Assembly (NCBI GenBank): GCA_045805065.1
Contig: JBJMMA010000163.1
Coordinates: 1-18,889 of the forward strand
Direction: 5' to 3'
From: Bdellovibrionia bacterium
GTDB lineage: Bacteria > Bdellovibrionota > UBA1018
DNA: 18,889 bases
Part shown: one piece after another, positions 1 to 7,695 of the stretch
Layout: every line of letters starts with the position of its first letter
Position numbering within the stretch: the first letter of the stretch is position 1
Position numbers and translations under genes: made by a program
Notes under the pieces: model-generated
Told to the model about the DNA's origin: nothing
Database searches by the model: none
Seen by the model: only the letters and a program-made list of their open reading frames with translations

Positions 1-1224
1 CTGCTCATCCAACCGCATTTGCTCCAGCCGCTTATGTTCGGTCAAGTCGCGCGTCACTTTCACAAAGCCAATGAGGGCTCCTTCGGAGTCTCGCAAAGGA
101 GTGATTGCAACACTTGCCCAAAAACGGTTTCCGCCCTTGCGAAAGGCCCAGCCTTCTTTCTCAATATGACCGGCTCGCTCAGCCTCTTTCAGATCCAGAA
201 ACAGAATCTCGCCGCGTTCTGATTCCAATCGGAACCAAGAGACGTCTTTACCTAGAACTTCCTGCGCATCATAACCCTTGATTCGCTTTGCGCCCTCGTT
301 CCAGGTCACCACCCGGCCTGCCTGGTCCAGAGAGTAAATCGCGCAATCCCGGACGCCCTCAAGAATCAAACGGAATCGCTCTTCCTGGCGAAGCCATTCC
401 TCTTTCTCGCGAGCAAAACGTTCGGCCTGCTGCGCGTTCTTGTGCTGAGTGATATCAAAAGCAAAACCCGAAAACTTTACCGGACGATCCTGACCTGCTT
501 CATAAGTACATCGGCCTCTCGAGTGCACCCAGCGAATTTCACCTGGCACAGGAAGAACCCGGTACTCGTAGTCATAAACCGCGCCATTCTCAATAGCTCC
601 GTTGATTTCTCCTCGAACTTTATCGACGTCATCAGGATGGATCTTTCCAAGAATGACTTCCCTGGAAAGGTAAGTTTCGCTTTTTGGCAGACCCCAAAGC
701 TCCAGCATTTCTGGAGAGCAAAGAATCTCATTTGTTTTCAGATCGATTTCCCAGGTCGCCATCTTCGCGGACTGAAGGGCAAAGGATAAGCTTTCCTGAC
801 TTTCCCTGAGCTTGAACTCGGCAATTCTCTGTTGCGTGATATCGGTAGATACCGCAACAAAGCCGCGAACCTTTCCTGTGGGGTCCAAATCAGGAACATA
901 AGACGCTTGAATCAGGATGCTGGCCTGACCCGGCCGATCGATTGTCGTTTCAAAGCTGACCGTTTTGCCTGAGAGAACGGTGTCGATGTAGGGCTTCACT
1001 CGAGCATATCCGTCCGCAGAGACGACTTCTCGAACCGTCTTTCCGATCACTCGCTCTTTCTTTCTGGCGTGTGTCTTCTCGTAATACGCGTTAATCGACA
1101 CGTATCTTTCGTCTTTATCGATATAAACGATGGAAACGGGTGCTGTTTCAGTGATGAGCCTGAGATGACTCTCATTTTCGGTGAGAAGCTTCAGCTCCTC
1201 GCTAGTATCTGAGCCTAAGCTCAC
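1..1224 (-). CDS. Multi-PAS domain sensor protein, probably a PAS histidine kinase (C-terminus runs off the left edge)
   Basis: Not in the ORF track; translated by hand. GTG at 1224 follows GGGAG and the frame is open to position 1: MSLGSDTSEELKLLTENESHLRLITETAPVSIVYIDKDERYVSIN...GKVRGFVAVSTDITQQR (PAS1); ...AKMATWEIDL...IHPDD...YEYRV...IRWVHSRG...FDITQHK (PAS2); ...ERFRLILEGVRDCAIYSLDQAGRVVTWNEGAKRIKGY...RKGGNRFWA...GFVKVTRDLTEHK (PAS3). The output domain is not visible. Confidence 0.88.
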   Translation of the reverse strand, partial: MSLGSDTSEELKLLTENESHLRLITETAPVSIVYIDKDERYVSINAYYEKTHARKKERVIGKTVREVVSADGYARVKPYIDTVLSGKTVSFETTIDRPGQASILIQASYVPDLDPTGKVRGFVAVSTDITQQRIAEFKLRESQESLSFALQSAKMATWEIDLKTNEILCSPEMLELWGLPKSETYLSREVILGKIHPDDVDKVRGEINGAIENGAVYDYEYRVLPVPGEIRWVHSRGRCTYEAGQDRPVKFSGFAFDITQHKNAQQAERFAREKEEWLRQEERFRLILEGVRDCAIYSLDQAGRVVTWNEGAKRIKGYDAQEVLGKDVSWFRLESERGEILFLDLKEAERAGHIEKEGWAFRKGGNRFWASVAITPLRDSEGALIGFVKVTRDLTEHKRLEQMRLDEQ

Positions 1225-1303
1225 GTCTCCCGCCTTATGCACTCAATTCCCGCCTAAGGCTTGAATAATTAACATTCTAGACTAGGGCATGCAACCCGAA
1301 CTG

Positions 1304-2266
1304 CTACTGAGGAAGCGACAAACCGGCGAGCTCACGAACTCCCTCAGAAAGAAACGTGAAGTTTGTCGCAAAAACCGTTGCGACAAGCTGCTTGAGTCCG
1401 GATCTGGCGCAACGATACTCTTTTTGATTCCGCTCTGTCGTAAATGGGTATCCAACACTTACGCCCACAATGGAGATCCGTCCGTTTCTCTCATAAAAAA
1501 TCGGTCCACCGGAATCACCGTGACAAAGCGCAGCGTCTGAGCCCTCACCCTCAAACGTCATCCGGTGTGACAAATCCGAACTGCTTCCCATGCTTGGGTC
1601 AGCATCTCCTATTTGAATGTTTTGTTTGCGAAGAATCCTGCCAACAGCCATCTCGGTCCATTGATTGGTATCTTCCTCAGAGGTCCTTAATATCCATGCG
1701 CCAAATCCCGCAAATTGGAGATCCTGCTGATAAACCTGATTGACGTCACGCTCGATGACCGCCGGACGATACTCGCGTGGCAAATTGGATGTCAGCTTGA
1801 GCAAGGCAATATCTCGGCCATAGTCCGAGTACATTCTCTCAACTGAGCACCGCTTTTGATCAATACACGAATTCTGAGAGAGGTATTTCTCATGAACCAG
1901 AATTCGCTCAACTGAAACTCTCTGCTGAAAAAACGATCCGAAAGCATTCTCGACCGTAACATTTTTGCCCGGAAGTACAACGATTTGACCGTTTGAGTTC
2001 TGGCTCGTCACACAATGAGCCGCAGTGAGTACAACATTCGGAGCAATCACAGCTCCAGAGCAGAGATTATAGGCGCCATTCAGAAGCTGCGAATTAACAC
2101 GAACGGCTGTGTGAGAGATCAGAGCTTCCGATTTAGGGGAAATCCCATTCGTGACCAACGATGTCTGCTCAATCAGTTCGGATCCATCTTGCTTTTGAGG
2201 TGCGCAGGAAAAACAAAGCCACATCATCAGCAATGGAACAAAGACTGTATACTGAGTCTTGAGCAT
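1304..2266 (-). CDS. Secreted/lipoprotein S1 (trypsin-fold) serine protease
   Basis: Catalytic motifs LTAAHC, DIALLKL and GDSGGP; hydrophobic N-terminus ending in a lipobox-like CFSC. ATG 2266 preferred, GTG 2296 possible. Confidence 0.92.
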   Translation of the reverse strand: MLKTQYTVFVPLLMMWLCFSCAPQKQDGSELIEQTSLVTNGISPKSEALISHTAVRVNSQLLNGAYNLCSGAVIAPNVVLTAAHCVTSQNSNGQIVVLPGKNVTVENAFGSFFQQRVSVERILVHEKYLSQNSCIDQKRCSVERMYSDYGRDIALLKLTSNLPREYRPAVIERDVNQVYQQDLQFAGFGAWILRTSEEDTNQWTEMAVGRILRKQNIQIGDADPSMGSSSDLSHRMTFEGEGSDAALCHGDSGGPIFYERNGRISIVGVSVGYPFTTERNQKEYRCARSGLKQLVATVFATNFTFLSEGVRELAGLSLPQ

Positions 2267-2370
2267 AACGCCTCGCAATGCGGCAAACCCTATCACGTAT
2301 TCGACTTATTTACTACGTAAGTTCTTGAAACCACTTCCTTAATTCCATAACTTTACACTGACGCTATGTA

Positions 2371-2390
2371 CTTTTAATACGTATTACAAG
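2371..2390. promoter_or_regulatory. 20-bp near-perfect palindrome, candidate operator in a divergent intergenic region
   Basis: CTTTTAATAC|GTATTACAAG, one mismatched pair, perfect core TAATACGTATTA. It lies in the AT-rich gap between the protease and AlkP genes. Confidence 0.5.
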
Positions 2391-2452
2391 GGGTTGGCTC
2401 GAATCAGTTCCTGTTTGGCCCCAGTTCAGTTTCTCTGATAAAGAGAGCCTAC

Positions 2453-3220
2453 ATGAAATCTCTGATCTCCTTTGCACCCACCCTTGCTCATCTCTTTGGA
2501 ATTTCACCACCGCATCTCGCGCAATCCGAGCCCTTTCCTGAGCTTTCGGACTCCACCGCGCCAATTCGCAAGGCGTTGATTTTCTGTCCCGATGCATTTG
2601 GAGTTCACGCATTGGAGCATCTGCCTGCCCTTGAGAACCGTCTCAAGGCATCCTCTACCCATGAGGTCGCACTTGAGTCGGTGTATCCTCCTGTGACACC
2701 CGTGTGCTTTGCTTCGCTTTTTACGGGCGCATTGCCTGAAGCGCATGGAATCCAGAAGTACGAGAAGCCCGTCCTCACTTGCGATACGGTCTTTGATGCT
2801 TTCATCCGAGCAGGAAAAAAGGTTGCGATTGTTGCTGTCGCCCAGTCCAGCGTGGATCTGATTTTCAGAGGACGAAATCTGGATTACTTCTCCATGCCCT
2901 ATGACCCCCTGGTCACGCTAAAGGCAGAGGAGCTGATTGTCCGAGGCGAGCACGACCTGATTGTGGCGTACCATCAGGAGTATGATGACCTGCTACACGA
3001 CACGAATCCCTTTTCTGAGCTTGCTCTGAAAGCGCTCGAGCATCATGTGGAGAGCTGGGAATACTTCACACAGACCTGCCAAAAGCATTGGCAGAAAGAA
3101 TTTCTAGTCGCCTTTACTCCTGATCATGGCGCTCATACGGATTCTCGCACCGGACGCGGAGACCATGGAGAGAACAGGCCCGAGGATATGAACCTCAGGC
3201 ATTTTTTCTATCTCAAGTGA
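2453..3220 (+). CDS. Alkaline phosphatase superfamily protein (nucleotide pyrophosphatase/phosphodiesterase-like)
   Basis: CPDAFG metal Asp, PPVTPVCFASLFTG Thr-nucleophile motif, YDDLLH, TPDHG and GDHG metal-ligand motifs; no obvious signal peptide. Confidence 0.85.
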   Translation: MKSLISFAPTLAHLFGISPPHLAQSEPFPELSDSTAPIRKALIFCPDAFGVHALEHLPALENRLKASSTHEVALESVYPPVTPVCFASLFTGALPEAHGIQKYEKPVLTCDTVFDAFIRAGKKVAIVAVAQSSVDLIFRGRNLDYFSMPYDPLVTLKAEELIVRGEHDLIVAYHQEYDDLLHDTNPFSELALKALEHHVESWEYFTQTCQKHWQKEFLVAFTPDHGAHTDSRTGRGDHGENRPEDMNLRHFFYLK

Positions 3221-4026
3221 AGATCAACGCGCTGACCCGGTAAAAGCAGCGAAACCGTAAGTGATCCTGGAACGCGTTGCGCCTTGACCAGCATCACATC
3301 TCCGGGGCCGACGACTTCGCCGTAGCGCCCGTTCTCAATGGCAATGGACGTATCCTGATCAATTCCGAGCCCTAAATACTGAGGATAGAGAAGCACAAGC
3401 CCAAAGAGGCGGTTCTCACGGCTTCTTCGAATAAAGTGCTGATCCACGATCACACCTTGAACAAGTCCAAGACCACGGTGAATGGGAACTCTGCGGCCAT
3501 CAATGACATCAAATTCGCCGCCCGCAATCGCAACAGAAGACATGACGGCAGTACCTGCACTCGTTCCAGCAAAGGGAATTCCTGCCAGGTAACGCGACTG
3601 CAGAGCATAGAGGATGTGATCATCATCAATGACATCAAAGATTCGTTTTTGATCACCGCCACTGAAGAAAACAGCTGTTGCCTGCTGGAGCATCGACACA
3701 AACTCAGCCTTCGCCGCAGCCGTCAGCGGCGGCGACTTTGACCAGAGAAAACCGCCCGGGTGCTCCGCCGACAGATCCTTCACCATGTCCTGATAAGTCT
3801 CGTCCGGCACTTCGGTAGCCCAGGTGATAATCAGGATTCTGGCTTGACGCCCTCCTGCCCACGATACAAAGCGAGTCACTGCCTCACGGGGAAGATTTCC
3901 TCCTCCAACCAGCAGAAGATGTTGATTGGTGGCGAGAGCCGACTCCGGAAAGCTCGCAAAGAGGGAGAGAAAGAGACTAAATGCTACTACAAGTTTGAGA
4001 AACGTTTTCTTTGTCTTAGTCAGCAT
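3208..4026 (-). CDS. Cyanophycinase-like peptidase S51 with N-terminal signal peptide
   Basis: LVGGG, FFSGGDQ, GTSAG (catalytic Ser), VDQHFIRRSRENRL (catalytic His) and GIDQDT. Basic plus hydrophobic N-terminus ending ALA. Start overlaps the upstream gene's stop. Confidence 0.88.
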   Translation of the reverse strand: MLTKTKKTFLKLVVAFSLFLSLFASFPESALATNQHLLLVGGGNLPREAVTRFVSWAGGRQARILIITWATEVPDETYQDMVKDLSAEHPGGFLWSKSPPLTAAAKAEFVSMLQQATAVFFSGGDQKRIFDVIDDDHILYALQSRYLAGIPFAGTSAGTAVMSSVAIAGGEFDVIDGRRVPIHRGLGLVQGVIVDQHFIRRSRENRLFGLVLLYPQYLGLGIDQDTSIAIENGRYGEVVGPGDVMLVKAQRVPGSLTVSLLLPGQRVDLHLR

Positions 4027-4630
4027 TTTCGAAGATCAGGTTAAAGCAGACCTGTCCTCGCGCCAAGTACTTTCGCTCAAAATGAGTTCTTGGATGAACC
4101 GCTTCAGGCGAAGTCTGCTGAAGCGTCCTGTCTTCGACAAGCTTGAGCCCCCACTCCTGGGTCATGAAATGACGCGCACCTTCTGCGTAAAAAGATTCAT
4201 TGGTCGCAAGCTCAAGCTTTGCGCCAGGCTTCATGGTCTCAATGACTTTTTCCATAAACGGCATCGCGTACCAGCGTCTTCGCTCGTCTCCCGGCCTTGG
4301 CCAGGGATTCGGATAAAGAAAGAAGTATCGGTCTACCGAGCTTGCGGGGAGAAAATGCGTGATCCATTCGACGGCGTCCGCATGAACAGCCAGAAGATTT
4401 GAAAACGGTGCATGATGAGAAAGCCTTCCGGCGAATTTCTCAAACTTCATTCGCGTATGTTCAATTGCAACCAGATACCGTTCGGGATGTTCCTGAGCAT
4501 AGCGAATCGGATGCAAACCCACGCCGCATCCCACCTCAACATCCAGCGGCATGCCCTGGGGGATCTGACTGAGATCAAACGGCGCAACACCTCTGGGAGC
4601 GGGAACTCGCTCCGCCTGAAACTTTCTCAT
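4016..4630 (-). CDS. trmB: tRNA (guanine-N7)-methyltransferase TrmB-like SAM methyltransferase
   Basis: EVGCGVG SAM motif, AIE, DA, YPNPWP (cf. FPDPW), LATN (cf. ATD), THFERKY (cf. TxFExK); ATGA overlap with the MFS stop. Confidence 0.75.
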   Translation of the reverse strand: MRKFQAERVPAPRGVAPFDLSQIPQGMPLDVEVGCGVGLHPIRYAQEHPERYLVAIEHTRMKFEKFAGRLSHHAPFSNLLAVHADAVEWITHFLPASSVDRYFFLYPNPWPRPGDERRRWYAMPFMEKVIETMKPGAKLELATNESFYAEGARHFMTQEWGLKLVEDRTLQQTSPEAVHPRTHFERKYLARGQVCFNLIFENAD

Positions 4631-5913
4631 TTTTCAAAAAACTCGAGATCTTTGCCGTAAGTTTCTTCAAGGCCAATGTAGGATACAAGCGCAATAGCGA
4701 TCGCCGCCCCTCCGACAATGGCTCCGCTTTCGATCATCCCAAACGATTTTTGAAGCCCCTGAAAGGCAAGTGTGAGCGGAACGACCGATCCTCGAACCAG
4801 ATTGGGAATTGAGGTTGTGACGGTAGCGCGAAGATTGGTTCCAAAGTGCTCAGCACCTGCTGTCACAAACATGGCCCAATACCCCGACCCAAGCCCCAGC
4901 GCAAAGCAGAGAAGATAGAACTCCGTGCTAGTCAGTCCTCGCGTCAGAAAATACGTCGCCGTCAGCGCAAGAGTGGCGAGCATGCTGCCAAGCAACACCT
5001 TCTTTCGGCTTTTGATCCATTGACTGAGAAAACCTGTACCAAAGTCTCCCAGCGAGATCCCAAGATACCCCCACATGATGGCTTTGGATGCAGTGATTTC
5101 GCCGCTCACTGACAAAGCTTTGGAAAGCTCTGGTGAGAAGGTCAGGAGAATGCCGACGACAAACCACACCGGCACGCCGATCAAGATGCAGCGGAGGTAC
5201 TTCAGAAAGCGCGGCAGCGAGTTAAAAAGCATCCGAACATCGCCTTTAGGGATCTTCTGATCTTTAATCTCTTCGTACATTCCCGACTCAAACATGGAGA
5301 CGCGGAGGATCAAAAGCACAAACCCTAGCCCTCCACCAATCATATAAGCAACACGCCAGGAAAACGCATCTCCCACGAGCGCTGCGAACACGGCGCCCAT
5401 GATTCCAACGCCCGCGACAATGCTTGTTCCATAGCCGCGCGTTTCCTTGGTCATGACTTCTGAGACAAGAGTGATCGCGGCGCCTAATTCTCCCGCAAGC
5501 CCTACGCCTGCAAGAAAGCGCAGAACGCCGTAGAGATGCACATCGTGAACATATCCGTTTGCGATATTGGCGAGCGAATACAAAAGAATCGAGCCAAAGA
5601 GAACCGAGAGCCTGCCCTTCTTATCGCCCACCACTCCCCAAAAGATTCCGCCAATCAGCATGCCGATCATCTGAAGATTGATGAGTCGCACGCCTTCAGT
5701 CAGAAGCTGGTCCGAAGGGACACCCAGGGATTTCAGACTGGGAACTCGAAGGATACTGAAAAGAAGCAGATCATAGATATCAACAAAATATCCCAGAGCC
5801 GAGACGATCACCGCTGTGTTCAGAACGGTTGAGATTTCGATTTTTCGCTCAGCTTTTTGGTCAGCTTTTCTTTCGACACTATTTGAAGAAATTGTAGTAT
5901 TTGTCGAATCCAT
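4627..5913 (-). CDS. MFS transporter
   Basis: About 12 hydrophobic segments, GYFVDIYD, motif A GVVGDKKGR, RFLAGVGLAGE, EHFGTNLRAT. ATG 5913 follows GGGGGA; the ORF track extends the frame to 5982. Confidence 0.93.
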   Translation of the reverse strand: MDSTNTTISSNSVERKADQKAERKIEISTVLNTAVIVSALGYFVDIYDLLLFSILRVPSLKSLGVPSDQLLTEGVRLINLQMIGMLIGGIFWGVVGDKKGRLSVLFGSILLYSLANIANGYVHDVHLYGVLRFLAGVGLAGELGAAITLVSEVMTKETRGYGTSIVAGVGIMGAVFAALVGDAFSWRVAYMIGGGLGFVLLILRVSMFESGMYEEIKDQKIPKGDVRMLFNSLPRFLKYLRCILIGVPVWFVVGILLTFSPELSKALSVSGEITASKAIMWGYLGISLGDFGTGFLSQWIKSRKKVLLGSMLATLALTATYFLTRGLTSTEFYLLCFALGLGSGYWAMFVTAGAEHFGTNLRATVTTSIPNLVRGSVVPLTLAFQGLQKSFGMIESGAIVGGAAIAIALVSYIGLEETYGKDLEFFEK

Positions 5914-6181
5914 GAGTTCCCCCCAAAATAAACAGAATTCCCCGAACCCGGCCAACTCTTTGCCTGCGACTCCATGGTCCACTGAGCGTGAATTTCTTCA
6001 CGCACTTTCCACCCCACTCTCGACTCTTGGTCTGGAACTCGACCATATGCGCGAGTGCGTGAAGAATCCTAAAGCTATAAACGAAGCGCAGATCTCTGTC
6101 GAGCAGATGCGAAAGGTCCTGGATCGGATCTACCAACTCATCCAGACGAGGCGCAGTCAACTGCCTCCGAAGCAGAATTGA
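5912..6181 (+). CDS. Small stand-alone HisKA/DHp-like protein (89 aa)
   Basis: EREFLHALSTPLSTL resembles an H-box (F-x-H-[DE]-L-x-[TN]-P-L), followed by a second amphipathic helix ISVEQMRKVLDRIYQLIQTRR. It fills an otherwise empty gap. Start uncertain. Confidence 0.6.
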   Translation: MSSPQNKQNSPNPANSLPATPWSTEREFLHALSTPLSTLGLELDHMRECVKNPKAINEAQISVEQMRKVLDRIYQLIQTRRSQLPPKQN

Positions 6182-6962
6182 CGCCCATAATTCCTACGCC
6201 TTTTTGCTTCAGCTTGTTGAGAACGAATTTTTTGTAAAAAAGGTCAGCCTCGGGATGATTTCGAATGAGCGTGACGCCTACGCCCGAGTGGTTCTGCCAC
6301 GCGACGCAGGCCGTTAACACATAACGTTCGAGACCCTGAAAGATGAATCGGATTTTCTGACCGATGACCAACGGGACATCGGTTTGGAGAAAACATCCTC
6401 CAAAACCCAGGTTCCTCACACTGGCGAAGTAAGCCTTCCCTTCCATGTCATCTTCTTTTGAGATCGAGCAGGCGATCGATGAGTCCACACGGATGGACTT
6501 CCGTAAATCTGATCGTCCTGCAACCAATGGCTCATGAAGAATGCTTTGGAGCACCTGCTTGAGTGCTTCAGGTCGGAAGGGCTTCAGCAGAGCAATGACT
6601 TGAGGCAGAGCCGCCAGTTTAAGGATTTCCGAATCCGGAGCTTCGCCCGTCACAAGGACAATAGGAAACTCGGGCCGGATCGCTTTGATCTTTTTAATGA
6701 GGTCGGCGCCATCAGCACGCGGCATCAGGTAATCGGTGACCGCTGCATCCAGACTCTTAGAGGGATCTGTCGACTCAACAGACTCGGTGAAAATCCTGTA
6801 AGCTTCTTCACCATTAGAGGCATGCTGGGTCTCAAATCCAAAACGACTCAGGCTACGACAAAGAAGATCGCGCAGGAGATCATCGTCTTCGACAACGAGG
6901 ATCCTTTTAGGAATGCGATTCACTTGCTCTTGAGCCGTTTGCGGTGGCATCATGTTGTTCAC
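6138..6962 (-). CDS. Response regulator, REC + C-terminal PilZ domain
   Basis: REC motifs ILVVEDD, TDYLMP (phospho-Asp), VTG, KPF; PilZ motifs RKSIR (RxxxR) and NLGFGG. Start could be GTG 6962 or ATG 6953/6950. Confidence 0.9.
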   Translation of the reverse strand: MNNMMPPQTAQEQVNRIPKRILVVEDDDLLRDLLCRSLSRFGFETQHASNGEEAYRIFTESVESTDPSKSLDAAVTDYLMPRADGADLIKKIKAIRPEFPIVLVTGEAPDSEILKLAALPQVIALLKPFRPEALKQVLQSILHEPLVAGRSDLRKSIRVDSSIACSISKEDDMEGKAYFASVRNLGFGGCFLQTDVPLVIGQKIRFIFQGLERYVLTACVAWQNHSGVGVTLIRNHPEADLFYKKFVLNKLKQKGVGIMGVNSASEAVDCASSG

Positions 6963-7050
6963 TCATGGCTCTTTTCTCAATGATAGCCAAGATCTCCAAG
7001 TGAATCTTTTGTGAAATTATCATGAAATAACGAACTTTTGAAAAAACCTG

Positions 7051-7686
7051 ATGATCCGCAAAGTTAAAAACAAGACCGAATGGTCAGATATTCGAAAAAT
7101 CTGCTGCGAAACAGGCAAATCAGGCGCTCCCATCGAGCGTGAACGCTGGAAATTCTTTGGCGAGCACTGGGTGGGTCCTTATGAAACGCTTTTAGCTGAT
7201 TGGACGTGGGTCGCAACACAGCACGCGTCAAATGGAAGCGAAGAAGTCATCGGCTATTTAACGGGATGTCCGGATTCTGCTCAGCTTGCGCGAAAAAGGA
7301 TTCTGCGCTTTGATTTTCCGCTCGTTTTGGCCATTCTTCACAAACGCTATCCCATCAATATGGACGTCAGACGCTATTTGAAGCGCCGCTTCAAACTTGA
7401 AAAGAGTCCGGAAGAACTCTTCCCTGAAAACGTCAACTCCATGCTCCGATCCCTTTACCCTGCGCATCTCCACATCAATTTAACGGAGAAAGCTCGCGGA
7501 AATGGCACTGGGCGAAAGCTTGTGGAAACCTATTTTGAAGCGTTGCGTGAAAAACGGGTCTGCGGCGTTCATGTTCATTGTGGTAGTGCGCCAGTTCGGT
7601 TTTACGAACGCTTAGGATTTGAGATTCTTCATTCTGTCGAAGTCCGTCCCGGCGTCTCTGTCTATTGCCTGGGAATTGCCCTTTAA
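7051..7686 (+). CDS. GNAT family N-acetyltransferase
   Basis: VIGYLTG, YPAHLHINL, acetyl-CoA motif ARGNGTGRKL, RFYERLGF. Confidence 0.9.
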   Translation: MIRKVKNKTEWSDIRKICCETGKSGAPIERERWKFFGEHWVGPYETLLADWTWVATQHASNGSEEVIGYLTGCPDSAQLARKRILRFDFPLVLAILHKRYPINMDVRRYLKRRFKLEKSPEELFPENVNSMLRSLYPAHLHINLTEKARGNGTGRKLVETYFEALREKRVCGVHVHCGSAPVRFYERLGFEILHSVEVRPGVSVYCLGIAL

Positions 7687-7695
7687 AGGAACTTT

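Noticed and set aside
19..789. Track ORFs 19-222, 442-789 and 477-731
   Set aside because: They overlap the real minus-strand PAS gene, which the track missed because its stop is outside the window.
1228..1255. TCCCGCCT direct repeat upstream of the PAS gene
   Set aside because: Only 8 bp, and one copy overlaps the SD; too weak to call.
2453..3220. AlkP protein as BREX PglZ
   Set aside because: Far shorter than PglZ, and no other brx genes nearby.
5849..5869. TCAGCTTTT repeated at 12-bp period
   Set aside because: Small coding duplication in the disordered MFS N-terminus (ERKADQKAERK).
6907..6966. 19-codon out-of-frame ORF (MSEQHDATANGSRASESHS) over the response regulator start
   Set aside because: Short ORFs like this arise by chance; no attenuator structure, and the main frame needs no frameshift.
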